Below are positions 1-13,376 of a stretch of 64,000 nucleotides of DNA, piece by piece. The translations under genes were made by a program, and so were the position numbers. The notes beneath the pieces are model-generated. The model made no database searches, had not been told where the DNA came from, and saw nothing but the letters and a program-made list of their open reading frames with translations. Positions within the stretch are counted from its first letter, which is position 1. Every line of letters starts with the position of its first letter. Source of the DNA: Octopus sinensis (taxonomy: Eukaryota); assembly GCF_006345805.1 (NCBI RefSeq), contig NC_043015.1, positions 7,688,001 to 7,752,000 of the forward strand, in the 5' to 3' direction.

Positions 1-24
1 ACGTGTGTATACATATATATTGGA

Positions 25-955
25 AGTATCCAATAGACTCAAAAGACATGGACGTTCATCTAGCGAGTCCCCTCTTGGGTTTATTCGCAGTGCAGAATGT
101 ACTACATCTATGGACACCAACATGATTGCTCTTGAAGGATATGATCACCACTCTAACTGGTGCCATTGTGTTCGATCAAGGCAAATTTAGCAGATTACTG
201 TTTGATCTTATGCGTGGTTAAACACTCAGTTGATATACCAAATACCAATTACAATACGATTGCAAAACAGATGTAAAATTTGATGAGAACGTACATGCAA
301 CTTTGTCTTTTTCATTACAAACGCTGAAGGATTACATCAAATTGAACGTATTTCGTGCCTTTGTGGAATGACAGAACAATTCTGAGTAAAATCTTTGAAG
401 TAACTCAGCATTGTTCGTGGCAGGGATTTTAAACAAGTCGTCACTAGTCGTAAGTTCGAGAGCAAAATATGAGTGGTTGTTAACGCTATCTGCGTTTTTT
501 CTGGTATTGATCGAAAGCGGAATATCTTGCCAATTGTGGAGCTTACTTAAAATAATCCATTCTGGGTCTCAGATTACACCTTGCCCGTGATTTTATGAGC
601 CTATTTAGTATCACTAGATAGAATACCTTCCTAACGATGTTCACAAATGAGATTTCTTTATAGTTGTTGTAATCGATTCCATTCCCATTGTTCATGTAGA
701 ATATAGCAATATCGTATCCTCTGAGGACCTATGCCCCTGCTCCTTCTTTTCTGCAGGGACACAGCAGATTATATGGAGAGGCAGGCGTTTATGAATCAAT
801 ACTGACGCATGCTTGGCCTAGATCAGAGGTGAGCCTTCCTAGAATACTCTCCCACCTTTTTGACAGTATCTGTGATTATCTTTCTTGTTAAAGTTTTAGA
901 GCTGCTCTTTTGCATAGACAAATTTATTCACTCATACACTCCGCGGACGCCATCA
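25..955 (-). mobile_element. Decayed RTE-clade LINE, reverse transcriptase region
   Basis: Manual minus-strand translation gives LLCPCRKEGA..DIAIFYMNNGNGIDYNNYKEISFVNIVRKVFYLVILNRL..SETQNGLF*VSSTIGKIFRFRSIPEK..FGISTE..RSNSNLLNL. These motifs are colinear with the RTE RT consensus (LYKNKGDRSDCNNYRGISLLSIVGKVFARVVLNRL, PESQCGFR..RSTIDMIF, RSDGKLFNL). Many stops and frameshifts. Confidence 0.8.
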
Positions 956-1544
956 GAGTTAAATTATGATTGAATACCTCGTCAAATCTGTAGTAAATGT
1001 TCATTTGCATAGTGTATGGCTGTTTATTGTTGTGTTGACGTGGTTGCGCGGCGTTTGAGTAGGAGTGATGCAACATGTATGACGGAGATGAGAGCGGTGA
1101 GCTTAGCTAAAATTTCTTCATACTGTGGTTGGTTCCTGCACCGTTTCCTACAAGCAGCTTAAAATAAAGTATTGTAATATCTTTAAAAAAAAAACATTAC
1201 ATCAATGAATTACCGCCAGTGGGGATCTGCAGAGATTGCAACCACCAGTAATCAGATGAAACCATCTGCTGTGCCATAAGCAGCACAAGGAAATCTGAAA
1301 ACAAATTCTCAAATTTTGTACATACAAAGGAATACATTTCACCAGCTCTCTCTTCCAAAATAAGTCCAGTTCAAAATGGCTTCGTGGCATTCCAAATTTA
1401 AACAATGACATTAATTAGACATAATACAAGGTAGACGCTTCCACATAAGTAACGAGCTTATGATTCTTTCATGATGGCAAATGCCACACAGAATACTCTT
1501 TAGTTTCCTAGTTGATCGGATGACATCCAAGGAAGATGCGTTGG

Positions 1545-1804
1545 AATAGCTGTGTGATAAGAGGTCTGCCTCACAACAATCAGGGTCCGGGTTCAGTCGC
1601 ACGACGCAGTACCATCAGCATATGATGTTTGCTATACACACTTCTACCTGAGACTTTCAAGATGATTTGGTCGACGGAAACAGAATATAGCCTATCGAGT
1701 ATATATAAATATATATATACACACCAACACCGTTTGTCAAGCGGTGTTGGGGGACAAACACAGATACGCAGAAACACACACACACACTCACACACAAACA
1801 CACA

Positions 1805-1845
<41 letters not shown>

Positions 1846-2141
1846 AGACACACACACACACATATATATATATGTGTGTGTGTGTGTGTGTTTGTGTGTG
1901 AGTGTGTGTGTGTTTGTGTTTCTGCGTATCTGTGTTTGTCCCCCAACACCGCTTGACAAACGGTGTTGGTGTGTTTTCGTCTCCGTAACTTAGTGGTTCG
2001 ACACCAGAAACCGATAGAATACGTAGGTTTCATAAATATATATATATATATATAAAAGCTACAGGGATGGATTCATTCGGCGAAAATTCACCCAGGCGGT
2101 TCATTGGCGTGACCGCAGTCTCATAATTGAAACAAGTAAAA
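1545..2141 (+). mobile_element. tRNA-derived SINE family A, old copy with internal inverted duplication
   Basis: Diverged match to the other family A copies (gctgtgtgataag..gggttcagtc..gatttggtcgacggaaac..(TA)n..gtcccccaacaccgcttgaca..tgaaacaagtaaaaga). Confidence 0.8.
1719..1974. repeat. Inverted repeat: perfect 60-bp outer arms plus (CA)n/(TG)n inner arms around an (AT)n centre
   Basis: 1719-1778 is the exact reverse complement of 1915-1974. Confidence 0.95.
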
Positions 2142-2368
2142 GAAAAAACAATAAAAATATATGAAGTCACCCGTTAAGCAGAGTATAGATGTCACTGTGA
2201 CGCACACAACCACACACAGACACACACAGACACACACAGACACACACAACCACTGATGCAAACACATACACACAGAAACACACATGCAGAAACATGCACA
2301 TATACACAAATACTTACACATACGCGTACACACAAATATGCACATACTGATACCTATATACACATATG

Positions 2369-2683
2369 TGGAGGCGCAATGGCCCAGTGGTTAGGGTAGG
2401 CGGACTCGCGGTTCCTAAGATCACGGTTTCGATTCCCAGACCGGGCGTTGCGAGTGTTTATTGAGCGAAAACACCTAAAGCTCCACGAGGGTCCGACAGG
2501 GGGTGGTGTCGATCCCTGCTGTACTCTTTCGCCACAAATTTTTCCCACTCTTTCTTCTGTTGGCCTGCTCGCTTAGCCAGCGGGGTGGCGTCATATGAAG
2601 GCTAAAACAATGCAAAGCGCATTGTGGACAGCGATGTATAGCAACATCTGATAGCCTGGTCGGTCACTCTGATCACGGTGATA
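2369..2683 (+). mobile_element. tRNA-derived SINE family B (probably octopus OR-type), tail type 1
   Basis: Head ggaggcgcaatggcccagtggttaggg..ggtttcgattccc with Pol III A and B boxes; head and body shared with 15843-16104 and 53859-54175, tail shared with 21890-22050. Confidence 0.85.
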
Positions 2684-3462
2684 CACACATATAGACATCA
2701 TACGTGTATGTACATGTATTAATATATTAAATATATACTAAATACATCGTACTCATATAAAACTCTTTATTGCGATACATACATAATTAAGGACACATAA
2801 AGAAAAATGCATATATTATTAATGGTAAATTCATATATTGGGATATTTATTTATATGCATGAATACATATTGAAGTTAATTTGGTTTTTCGTGACTATTA
2901 TCCGAGAAGAATTTGACATTTTCAGTGTACGTACATAATATCCTCGTGAATATACAACCAAAATGTATATGTGTGTAATTATGTGTGTATATGTGTGTAG
3001 GAGTGCGTGTATGTTTGTATATTTGTATGTATTTATGTATGTTTGATTTTATAACGAACTACAGATGTTTGTATATTACTTCAAATTATAATCGGGTAGA
3101 TTTTTTTTTTGTTTGATAACCCGCTAGGAATTTGAAATAAATGGAAGCCTTCGACTGTATTCTGCCGATACATTTATAAAGCAGGAAGTATAATGTATGA
3201 ACTGTGCTTATAATAAAGGAATAGAGAAATAATTTTGGAATAGAACACTTTAGCTTTGGGGTTTATCCTGGGATTTTATATTCAAATGAAAGAGAATAAT
3301 TTTTTGTAAGTTTCGAGTTGCATTTTACTTAGCATCGTTATGCAACCGCTTTTTGGAAGTATAAATTGAAGATGTTACTCAACGTATACAATACAATATT
3401 ATGAATATATTCAGTGACGCTATGTCAGGGAATTAGACTTTGCTTTCGTTTATATATATATG

Positions 3463-3467
<5 letters not shown>

Positions 3468-3494
<27 letters not shown>
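3468..3494. repeat. (GA)n microsatellite
   Basis: Directly visible. Confidence 0.95.
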
Positions 3495-3961
3495 TTCATT
3501 ATTAACATAACTCGTTAAATGATGTTTTAACATAGTTTCAACATGAAAGCAAATTTCAGTTACAGTATAGCAAACTTATGTTTTTACATACATTCATGTT
3601 ATGTAACCAAGGGAATAAACATATACTGGATTATCATAGCTATTTTATAATAAAATTAGAAAACTAAAAGTAATAATTTTTATGGAAGATGTTAAGATGA
3701 AATAAACGTTAATTGCGTCATGCAAAATGTTACATGTCATGAAGGAATAAATAGTGTTGCTATTGTGTCAAACTGTCGTGTGTCCAATTTTGGACGATAT
3801 TCAGTTTGGATTGTAATAGCCGGTTCCTTTGGTCAAGCTATTGTATCTCAAGCTCCCTTAGATATGAAAGTAGTACAACAGTTTCGGTATGGAATCTTGA
3901 AACTATTGTTTCGTTTTTTGAAATAGCAACGTTTTGGACTTACGATACTTTTGCATAATAG

Positions 3962-4216
3962 ACATACACTGCTCTCAACCAGTCAGACAATATGATCAGT
4001 GGAATTACCACTTTTGAGTTCTATAGAGGGTTAGAGGAGGTAAAGCACGACGTCGCAGTTGGAGAGACGCTAGGCGTTGATGAAGTCGAACTGACCAGTT
4101 TGTACGGGACTTTCGAGCCGGAAACGATGAATAACTTCCTGGAATCCCTATCTTCTGAGCAATGGAGTCGTTGTAATCGACTTCTCCACGCTAAATATTG
4201 CTGGCCTTGTGCCAAA
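3962..4216 (+). CDS. Candidate phase 0-0 internal coding exon (85 codons), product unidentified
   Basis: Acceptor ttttgcataatag|, donor AAA|gtaag, 255 bp open: TYTALNQSDNMISGITTFEFYRGLEEVKHDVAVGETLGVDEVELTSLYGTFEPETMNNFLESLSSEQWSRCNRLLHAKYCWPCAK. GC is higher than the flanks. No family recognised, and a minus-strand frame is also open. Confidence 0.4.
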
Positions 4217-5156
4217 GTAAGAAAGGGATATAAATCTTTCTACGTAAAGTTGTGATGATAATTTGTAGATTTTAGTATAGTAATAAAATTAACATTTATA
4301 GTAGCCAGGTGTTTATCATCTTCAGTAAGTAAACATGGTGCTGTATATCATAGGAAAGTAAACATGTGATACAATTCAATATCATGTGAGGTAATATCAC
4401 ATGAAACAATAGTTATACACGAAAAGCTATAAGCAGTAATACATACATACATGCATATATACATACATACATATATATATATACATACATATATATATAT
4501 ATATATATAAGTGTATATAGCATTAGTATTACCATTCTTAAAAAAAAAGTTTTGATATTAAAACATTTTATATTTGTTTCATCAGGAATGAATATCTTAT
4601 GCTTGATATTTATCATTGAATGCACAGCATATAAATAATAAATAAAAAGATTGTACACACGAAAGCAAATGGAATAAACGTACACGACGTGTAAAAATAT
4701 CATATAGGTTTATTCTTCTTTTTGTCCGTTGTAAAGTCTCTGAAGTATTGCATTAAGCTTTGATATTTTCTTCATAGTTCTATTAGAAACTGAAATGAAT
4801 AGTAACATTTAGACCAAGAAATTTATAAAGAAATTTTTTCAGTAAGTAATCCTCACAAACGTTTCATTTACAATGGATACAAAAATGTAACGCTACCCCG
4901 CCAAAGAAAGAAAGACAACAAAATACAGAAACAAACTACAAAAACAAATGCTGGAGATTAATTGCCAAAAATACTTCAATAGTTTAGAATTTGATACGAA
5001 GTGAATCATTTTAGCAGCTTATGATATGATTGGAAATAATATTATTTCCGAGAAAATGTTATCAGCCTCTTTTTTTTAATATTTGTTTTAGAATATTAAT
5101 AAATAGATACCGATATAGTCTCATGCTACGAATGTTCGCTTTCTGAATTGAAATAG

Positions 5157-5213
5157 TACACTGTCAACTTTTGTTATGGAGTTTGTTGTTTATGGAAAAT
5201 GCATGGCATTCAA
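5157..5213 (+). CDS. Weak candidate phase 0-0 small exon
   Basis: aaatag|TACACT...ATTCAA|gtgagt; encodes YTVNFCYGVCCLWKMHGIQ and is phase-compatible with 3962-4216. Could be chance. Confidence 0.2.
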
Positions 5214-5549
5214 GTGAGTGGAAACATAAATGTACACAAACCTTCCCATAAATAGCCATTGTAGTTTGAAAGGAAAAGAAAAAAAAATTGAAATATTTTC
5301 AAGTGGCAAATGTTTGTTTGAGTGATTATTGGTGTGCGTTATAGATAGTGTTTACATTTTAATTTGAAACACAACTCTCACCTTGAAGTTCTTTGAAACC
5401 AGAAAACAAGGACTATAAAATTGACGAACTATAACCATTGACAAATTAATGGTGCATTGCAGTGTTACTGAAATATAATTTACAAACATAGAATGGTGTT
5501 TAACCATCATTCACGATACTATCAGCACTTTTGCATAAATATCCCCCAC

Positions 5550-5735
5550 ATATGTTTGTGTGTGTTTGTGTATTCATGTATTTATGTATATATATATATA
5601 CATACACACACGTGTATATACATACATTCCTATACAGTATACGAACATTCATACATACATACATGCATATACACATACATTCCTGTACATGCATACATAC
5701 ATATACACATACATTACTATACAATTATATGTACA

Positions 5736-5786
<51 letters not shown>

Positions 5787-5792
5787 TTATAT
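5550..5792. repeat. Compound (TG)/(TA)/(TACA) microsatellite
   Basis: Directly visible. Confidence 0.9.
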
Positions 5793-6984
5793 GGAAATTT
5801 CAAGGAAGTAAGATACAATTGAAAACATTATTATTAATAAAATTTTGTTATATGCATTAGATTGATATCTTTTCTAATCACTGCAAAGTGTACAATGAGG
5901 GAAACGTTGGCTTTGACAATATTAAAATCGTGGTTAAAGTAGAGTGTGCTTACATAAGCTTCACATTTTAGCATCATAATTTATAAGATATTGAGCGAAT
6001 CTTTCCCACATTGAGAAATCCCAGTACCTTATTAACTTAAAGATAAAGGCTCTGTTTCTTAACAAAATATAATTTGGTACTCATAATATGAAAAACTTAT
6101 GTTTATAATAATGTTATCAATCCCCTATTTTCGAAAATGATCAGATACTACACTCAGAGAAGTTTGGATATTAATAGTTAATAGATATATTTACCTCTTG
6201 AATGCCCCTTTTTGTTCATTATTGTATGAATATATAAACGAGAAACATGAGTTTACTACATGAAAACCATTATTGCATATGTTAGGAATAATGTGAATCT
6301 AAAACCTTTTAGTCACGTAAAGCTTCGTAACTTTACAGGAATTCTAATCTCTGGAATATCATTTTGAGTTTCAAAACACGTTTGCTTCAAAATTTATTTG
6401 ATCTCAGGCATTATTCTATTGTTCATTAAGAGCTTTCTCATTTGTTTAGGAGTATAAGACCGTTTAATTTGAAACATCATCCAAGGAAACTTCTTTGCAT
6501 TATAATTATGCACGGTGCTGCAACAGCTTTTTAAAAGAAAACGTTGAAAAAAAAATTTAAATAAAACGAGGATTTTTCTATTTCATTTAACGACGACCGT
6601 CTAATTCTATCGTTCAAGAAAATTAGCAGTCAATTTTAAAAGTGATTTTAAGTCTCATAAATTACCAATTTTAATTGTGTGAATGAGATGAATTGGAAGA
6701 GGAATAATTGGAAAAAAAAAAAATACTTAACATGAATTAGAATTTTCAATTTGCAGGGTGTGTGAAGTGTTTCCTCATTAATTTTCGTTCGTCGTATGAT
6801 ATTAAAGAGAAATACAATGATATACTTTGTAAAACAATACAATCTTGGAAATCTAGTAATGTTTTGTGTCTGAAAAAAAAAAAACTAAATAAATGCAACA
6901 TGCATTGTTCAAAGAAAATGATATGACTGTTTTTTGCCGCAATGGAAAGAAAAAAAAAATACGTATCTTTTCTTAAATGTTTAG

Positions 6985-7375
6985 AGGACGAACGGCAAAA
7001 TAAATTCTTTCGTCATTACGCTGTAATATTGTAGATGTAGAAATCAAAGAAATGATGAAGTGATATGGAAACGTTGATGTTGAAGAGAGGTGGAATGTCA
7101 ATTTGGCTGGCAGAGACGGAAATGTTCGATGCTTAAAGGAGGAGGAGTGGAAATGGATCTTGTAGAAGAGCAGAAATACGATATACATCTAAGAATACGT
7201 TGAGAGCCTACTGGTTGAGATATAGTCAAGTAGGCATAATGTCGAGGGGCAACGGACAAAATGACACGCACACGACATCAACGCCACGCATATAAACAAA
7301 CGGAACTAGGAAGGAGTAGGAGAGATCTGGTAGGAAGGTCATTACAATGAATAAGCAACAGATTTGTTCGAGAAG
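6985..7375 (-). mobile_element. Possible highly decayed CR1/L2-group LINE 3' region
   Basis: Purine-skewed tract; the minus-strand peptide VFLLFYKIHFHSSS..HLSSTSTFPYHF loosely resembles the LFYRYY..TRLSSSSHPY segment near the end of CR1/L2-group ORF2. Confidence 0.3.
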
Positions 7376-7377
7376 TA

Positions 7378-7540
7378 GGCGTAGGAGTAGCTGTGTGATA
7401 AGTAGCTTGCTTACCAACCACATGGTTCTGGGTTCAGTCCCACTGCATGGCACCTTGGGCTAGTGTCTTCTGCTATAGCCTTGGGCCGACTAAAGCCTTG
7501 AGTAGATTTGGTAGACGGAAACTGAAAGAAGTCCGTCGTG

Positions 7541-7575
<35 letters not shown>

Positions 7576-7792
7576 GTGTGTGTGTGTGTGTGTGCTTATG
7601 TGTTTGTGTTTGTCCCCCAACATCGCTTGATAACCGGTGGTGGTGTGTTTACGCCCCCGTAACAAAAGAGACCGATAGAAAAAGAATAAGACCGATACAA
7701 AGAATAAGTCCTGGGGAAGATTTGCTCGACAAAAGACGGTGCTCCAGAATGGCCAAAGTCAAATGACTGAAACAAAGAAAAAGGTAAAAGAG
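7378..7792 (+). mobile_element. SINE family A
   Basis: ggcgtaggagtagctgtgtgataag..gggttcagtccc..ccttgggc..internal (TA)n(TG)n..aaatgactgaaaca tail. Confidence 0.9.
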
Positions 7793-8049
7793 AAGGATCA
7801 AGAGAGTAAGTAATACAAAATATTGATAGACTGGGAGGAAATAGAGTCAGTGATGAAAATTATATAAAATATCTTCTGAGAGAGCGCTAATATAGTAAAG
7901 GAGGCGTTATGCTTTTTTTTCTTAAGATTCATTCAACAAAATTATATGATTATGGATGATCGCACATTGAAATAAACAAAAGTATAATGAATTAAGATCT
8001 AGAGGGAGTAATTGAAATATTTTTCTATTTAGTATACGAGATGATTAAA

Positions 8050-8257
8050 AGTCGTGCTTGCAGAATCGCTAGCACGCTGGGCAAAATACTTAGCCGCAAT
8101 TTGCCCGTCTTCAAATGTCAAAGTTCACCTGGGTCGACTTTGCCTTTAATCCATTCAGTGTGGATAAAACAAATACCAGTTGTGCACTGAAGTCGATGTA
8201 ATCGACTTTCCCTCTCCCCAGAATTGCTGGCTTTGTGCAAAACTTTGAAATAAATAT
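8050..8257 (+). mobile_element. SINE family C, diverged
   Basis: gcagaatcgctagcacgctgggcaaaatactt..ggtcgactttgcctttaatcc..gtcgatgtaatcgact; matches the reverse complement of 14459-14690. Confidence 0.8.
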
Positions 8258-10165
8258 ATCAGATAATTCCATGTGCCTGAGAAGAGAGTATTAAATATCA
8301 CTCAGAAATGATATAATTCTTCTCACGGCACAGTCACTCCCTTCCTGTAGTATGGAAGTCTGTCTATAAAAATTGATATGATATGAATTTTGTGAGAATT
8401 TTGTGAGATGTTAGTTGACAATTTTATTCTTCCATATTCTCGTACTTCATCGCAGTGTAAATAGTAGCTTCTTCTTCAGATTTTCCTGGATCGTGAATGT
8501 AACTAATTTTCCGAAAATATCCTCGTTTTAACCCGGCGAGAACATTATTAGTTTTAACCCAGCAAGATCATTACTGACCTACCTTATGATACATTGTCGA
8601 AATTAGGAGACAGGAAAAGTAATTTTCAAAATTTATGTTTCAGCCTGCTAAAACAGTGACTATGGTAACGATGAAAGAAAGTAATCATATTCTCAGTATT
8701 ACATGGATTCCCTTCCTAGAAACATTTTCCTACTATTTTACAAATATCCATCCCGATACAATGAAAACTAATTATATGTTACAAATAAGCAAGCGACTGT
8801 CGGTTATTATAAAATCTCAGAAGTTAGCCAAATAAAAGAAGAATTAGAAAGCGAAAAATTACCTTTTTGCCTCACTAGCACATAATGTAACTTTGTTACT
8901 GCATATAAGTATCATATATTTCAATACACATTACACTTGTGAACGCGGTAAGAAGGAAATAACGTAACTGGAATTACATACGATATAAAAAGTATATTTA
9001 CAACGCAATTCTCTTTTAGTATACCGCGTGAGAGCGAATGCTAAATCTGAGCTATTATAAAAACCACTTTGGTTCATGTGATGAGTAGAAAGGTTTTGGT
9101 AATAGCATCTCAGGAATAAATATATAGAATAGAGACTATGCAATTAATTGGATTTTGCTTGGAGGTGCTAATTGTTGGAATACTACGTCTTGCTATGAAA
9201 ACAGATCACAATACATATACGCATACAGACGCAAGAACACAAACAGACGAAAGCATGATGGATATTTTTGTAGTGTTCGTTTCCCTGTTGGCCAGGAAGT
9301 ATGTATTGTACTAAACGCTCAATATTACAATTTCACATGTTGATAACTTCAGAGATTAAAAACGTCACTGCTATTTAGGAATTCACATTTGAAATAAAAA
9401 ACGATAGTAATTTGCTGTACAACTGTTGGGAACACAAAAGCGCGTGGAAAAATCGTGTTTATATTTAATATTAAGCTGCGAAGTAATAAGAGAGAATTGT
9501 TTAAAATATAAAATAAAATCATGCATAAATTATAATCGGCTCCATCATACAACATGTAAGTATGTATGTATGTATGTATCTTTGTATGTATGTGTGTGTG
9601 TCTGTGTTTATATATCTGTCTAAATATGATTATTTACCTCTAGCTATGCTCACCTAAAACTAATACATAAACGTATCTTGTAAACACTTCATAAAGAGTT
9701 ATACTGTTCAAATCTGTATTTCTGCCTATTAAAATGTATTCATATATTATTATTTTAATATTTCTTGACATTTATCTATCGATCATTAAACGTGTGTGCG
9801 TCAAAATACACTCAAACTATTTTTTCCTTCAAAATAATTTAATGATTTATGTTCGAAGTTTTAACTTGCGTTTCAAGAACAATTATTTCTTTTCAATACA
9901 AACATGTATCGTATTCTTGGACAAACAGATCGATTGGTTTTATTGAATTTTTACCAATTCTCTTACATGTTTTGGTTAAATATCCAATGTATTGAAAAGT
10001 GTAAGGAAGCACATAATAAAATAACCGTTTCTGTTGTGTAGAGATATCGAGAGAAAAAGTAACGATTTAGAAAGCACATACCACACGCACCCACGCGCAA
10101 CTCACATACATACATATAAACATATGTATGTATGTATGTAATGTATGTATATATATATATATATA

Positions 10166-10203
<38 letters not shown>

Positions 10204-10226
10204 TATATATATATATGTACATATAT

Positions 10227-10326
10227 NNNNNNNNNNNNNNNNNNNNNNNNNNNNNNNNNNNNNNNNNNNNNNNNNNNNNNNNNNNNNNNNNNNNNNNNNN
10301 NNNNNNNNNNNNNNNNNNNNNNNNNN
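10227..10326. other. Assembly gap (100 N), adjacent to a (TA)n array
   Basis: Run of exactly 100 N. Confidence 1.
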
Positions 10327-10398
10327 CGAGGTTATAGTAGAAGACACTTGCCCGAAATATTGCGCAGTGAGACTGAACCCGGAACCGTTTTTGCGCCT
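10327..10398 (-). mobile_element. SINE family A, 5' fragment cut by the gap
   Basis: cgaggttatagtagaagacacttgccc..ctgaacccggaacc..gcgcct is the reverse complement of the family A head, with a small deletion. Confidence 0.8.
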
Positions 10399-10705
10399 AT
10401 ACGAATATCAATTTATCTGCAGATTAGTTTCAGAGTATTTGCCCCTTATAAATGCAGAGCAGCCGAACCCAGCAGGCGTCGCCACTAACAATCTGTTCGA
10501 TTGGCATAAGTTCATGTTTTAAATTGTAATATATTTTGAATAATTAAATTTCAAAAAGCATCCTCCTTTCATTAAGAAATTTGAGGGCAATAGGATGAAA
10601 ATAGTTGATATTTAATACAGAAGTTCAGTAATGTCAGATGCTGTAAGATTCAATACTAATATTTTCACTTCCACTCGAAGTCAATGTCGTCCCTATCGTC
10701 AACAT

Positions 10706-10790
10706 ACGATCACCATTACCATCATCATCATCATCTTAATCATCATCATTGCCATCATTGCCCTCATCACCATCCTCATCATCATCAAGA
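10706..10790. repeat. (CAT)n imperfect trinucleotide repeat
   Basis: Directly visible. Confidence 0.9.
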
Positions 10791-11003
10791 ACAAAATCAT
10801 GCATTCATTTAAGTAAAGTATACATGTACATATGTAACTACATATATACATATGTGTTTGTTTGCGTGTTTATGTGTGTGTGTTGCGTGCACGAGTACGT
10901 GTGTGTATCTTTAATCTCTTTCTGTGTCTGTAATTCTGTTCAAAATTTCCATTTAGCGGAGGAAAATTTCTAGCTTCACAATGGCTCATAAATCACATAA
11001 TCA

Positions 11004-11408
11004 GGCGTAGGAGTGGGTGTGTGATCAGTAGCTTTCTTACCAACCACATGGTTCCGGGTTCAGTTCCATTGCGTGGCACATTGGGCAAGTGTCTTCTACT
11101 ATAGCCTCGAGCCGACCAAGGCCTTGTGAGTGGATTTGGTAGACGGAAACTGAAAGAAGCCCGTCGTATATATGTATATATATGTGTGTGTGTGTGTGTA
11201 TGTTTGTGTGTTTGTCTCCCCAACATCGCTTGACAACCGATGCTGGTGTGTTTACGACCCCGAAACTTAGCGATTCGGGAAAAGAGACCGATGGAATAAG
11301 TACTAGGCTTACAAAGAATTAGTCCTGGGATCGATTTGCTCGACTAAAGGCGGTGCTCCAGCATGGCCACAGTCAAAATGACTGCAACAAGTAAAAGAGT
11401 AAAGAGTA
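11004..11408 (+). mobile_element. SINE family A, near full length
   Basis: Complete head, internal microsatellite and agtaaaagagtaaagagta tail. Confidence 0.9.
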
Positions 11409-13148
11409 CATTCGTGATATGAATAGAAAGGTATGTGTACGTTGTTTTTATCTATATACATTACCAACGCTCATTTCATTACATAGAAAACTAAATTCCA
11501 CCAGTTGCTTGATCATTAACTTAGTAACATCAATAGAATATTTTGAGATACTGAAAATTAAAATGGAGTACATTTTCACCTATTTGTCAAAAACAGGAAA
11601 AAGGAAAAGAAAGACAAAAGAAATAGCGAACGGTGTATATATTAATTCATTCTTGGAAAATGTATATTAAATTTTTGGGAAAGTGTGCATTGCATTTTCT
11701 TTTTAGTTCACAGAAAAACTCGATGATTAAGTAAAGCAAAAACTTCTGTATCCTATATACAGGGTAGGAAAGTTAGCACTCAGCGACTGATCTACCTATT
11801 TACAAATGACTGAAGATCAGATAAATATTAGCAGTGTGAATAGCATCAGGTTTGTGATATATATGTTTTCATGAATATCTCAGTGCAATTATTCCCGCGA
11901 GAAATACACTGATAAGAAACTATGATGCAGTGCAATGAAAGTCTAACATACTTTGAATTAACGACTATGAAACTCGTATTCGGCACCAAGTTTATGACGA
12001 TTTGTGATATATAAATGGTAATCTTTTGATAGTACTTAAACTGTTATTCTAAAAGTCCTGTGATACACAAAGAGCATCTCGTACTTGTAGATTATATGGT
12101 AAGACATTTATATGATCTTGTATGTATTCCTCTTACTTTGTCGTTTTAGAGATTGAGTTGACATCAATAGTGTAATTTAAAACACCCTTTGGAATTCTAT
12201 AATGATCTTCCTGCTGGTTCCAGCATGATCTACTTATAAGGTTACCAATTTATAACGCCGAAGCATTGAGGCTTACTAAATAATTAAATCTTTTAATCTT
12301 AAGTGTGCTTTGTGGGGTTTGTGGGAGTGTTGAAGGAATACTATGCTTGATGCGTTCAGCTTTGGTTAATTACACCCATCGGCTGCCCCTTTCGTGTAAC
12401 GCACACAACAGCGACGATATATATAAGCACGTCTGTGCATGTGGTGTGTGGCGTGCGTGCATACGTGCGTGTGTATGCGTGTGTGTGTGTTTGAACTTTC
12501 AATAATATCACAATCAAATTCCTAATAAAACTTATCATATGTTCAGAACATAGATAATTGCATAAGTCGATGTTAAGCAATAAAAATGGTAGGGCAAATA
12601 ATAAAAGTTTTCCTTCAGAATGAGAAATAGCAGGAAAGAATGTCAAATACAACAGCGAGAATATATGGCAACTGGTTGCCAGGAGAGCTAATAAAATATT
12701 ATGGCATAGAAATATCTAAGAAGTGGATAATGGAATTCATTGAAAATAAGGATATTACAATCTTGGTTTAAGAACATCTATATCTAAAAACTCTTGAAGT
12801 TGTTCCTGCTGGTATTAATAGAATGGTTTTATATCATTTGAAATACATAAGAAAAAAAATCTACAAATAAAATAAATTTATGAGATATTGAATTAACAGG
12901 TAAACCAAACTGCAAATTGAATTGTACAACATGGTAATGAATTTTGTGACTACGCATCGATAACTTTTAGCTTCTAAAAGACGATAGTGAAAGCGGTCCC
13001 AATATAGAAGGTAATTTAAATATCCGAATAATTTTAAAGTTAATATAAAGGTCTTTAATAAATAATATTTAATCATTCGCGTTTCGGAAGAGCACCTTGA
13101 ACTGAGGATATCGGTTTAGATTAATATTCATTTGATACTGAATAATAG

Positions 13149-13376
13149 AAAAAGTTCGTGGCTTTTGAAATGCATTGCTATGGAAAGATACATCGCTTTC
13201 CGTTTACAGAACATCCTAATAACGAGAGTGCTTGGACGGGTACTGTATGCATGACTGCAAAGCACGAGACTTTCCTGTCAGTTGTTAACAAGCAGAAATT
13301 GAAACGATATGGTCATGTGTCAGAAACGTAGACAGTTTTGCTTTATCGAAAAATATTCATTCATGCACATGTTGGG
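13149..13376 (+). mobile_element. Decayed RTE LINE, post-RT C-terminal fragment
   Basis: KKFVAFEMHCYGKIHRFPFTEHPNNES..HETFLSVVNKQKLKRYGHVS matches the RTE pattern AFEM.CYR.IL.I...DH.TNE.V....LL..VK.RKL.WYGHV. Confidence 0.75.

Noticed and set aside
2369-2445. tRNA-like sequences with A and B boxes (also at 35909, 53859 and others)
   Set aside because: They are SINE heads continuing into SINE bodies; no clean cloverleaf.
4545-4592. CTGATGA plus a short stem on the minus strand
   Set aside because: No GAAA after the stem and no stem I partner, so not a hammerhead.
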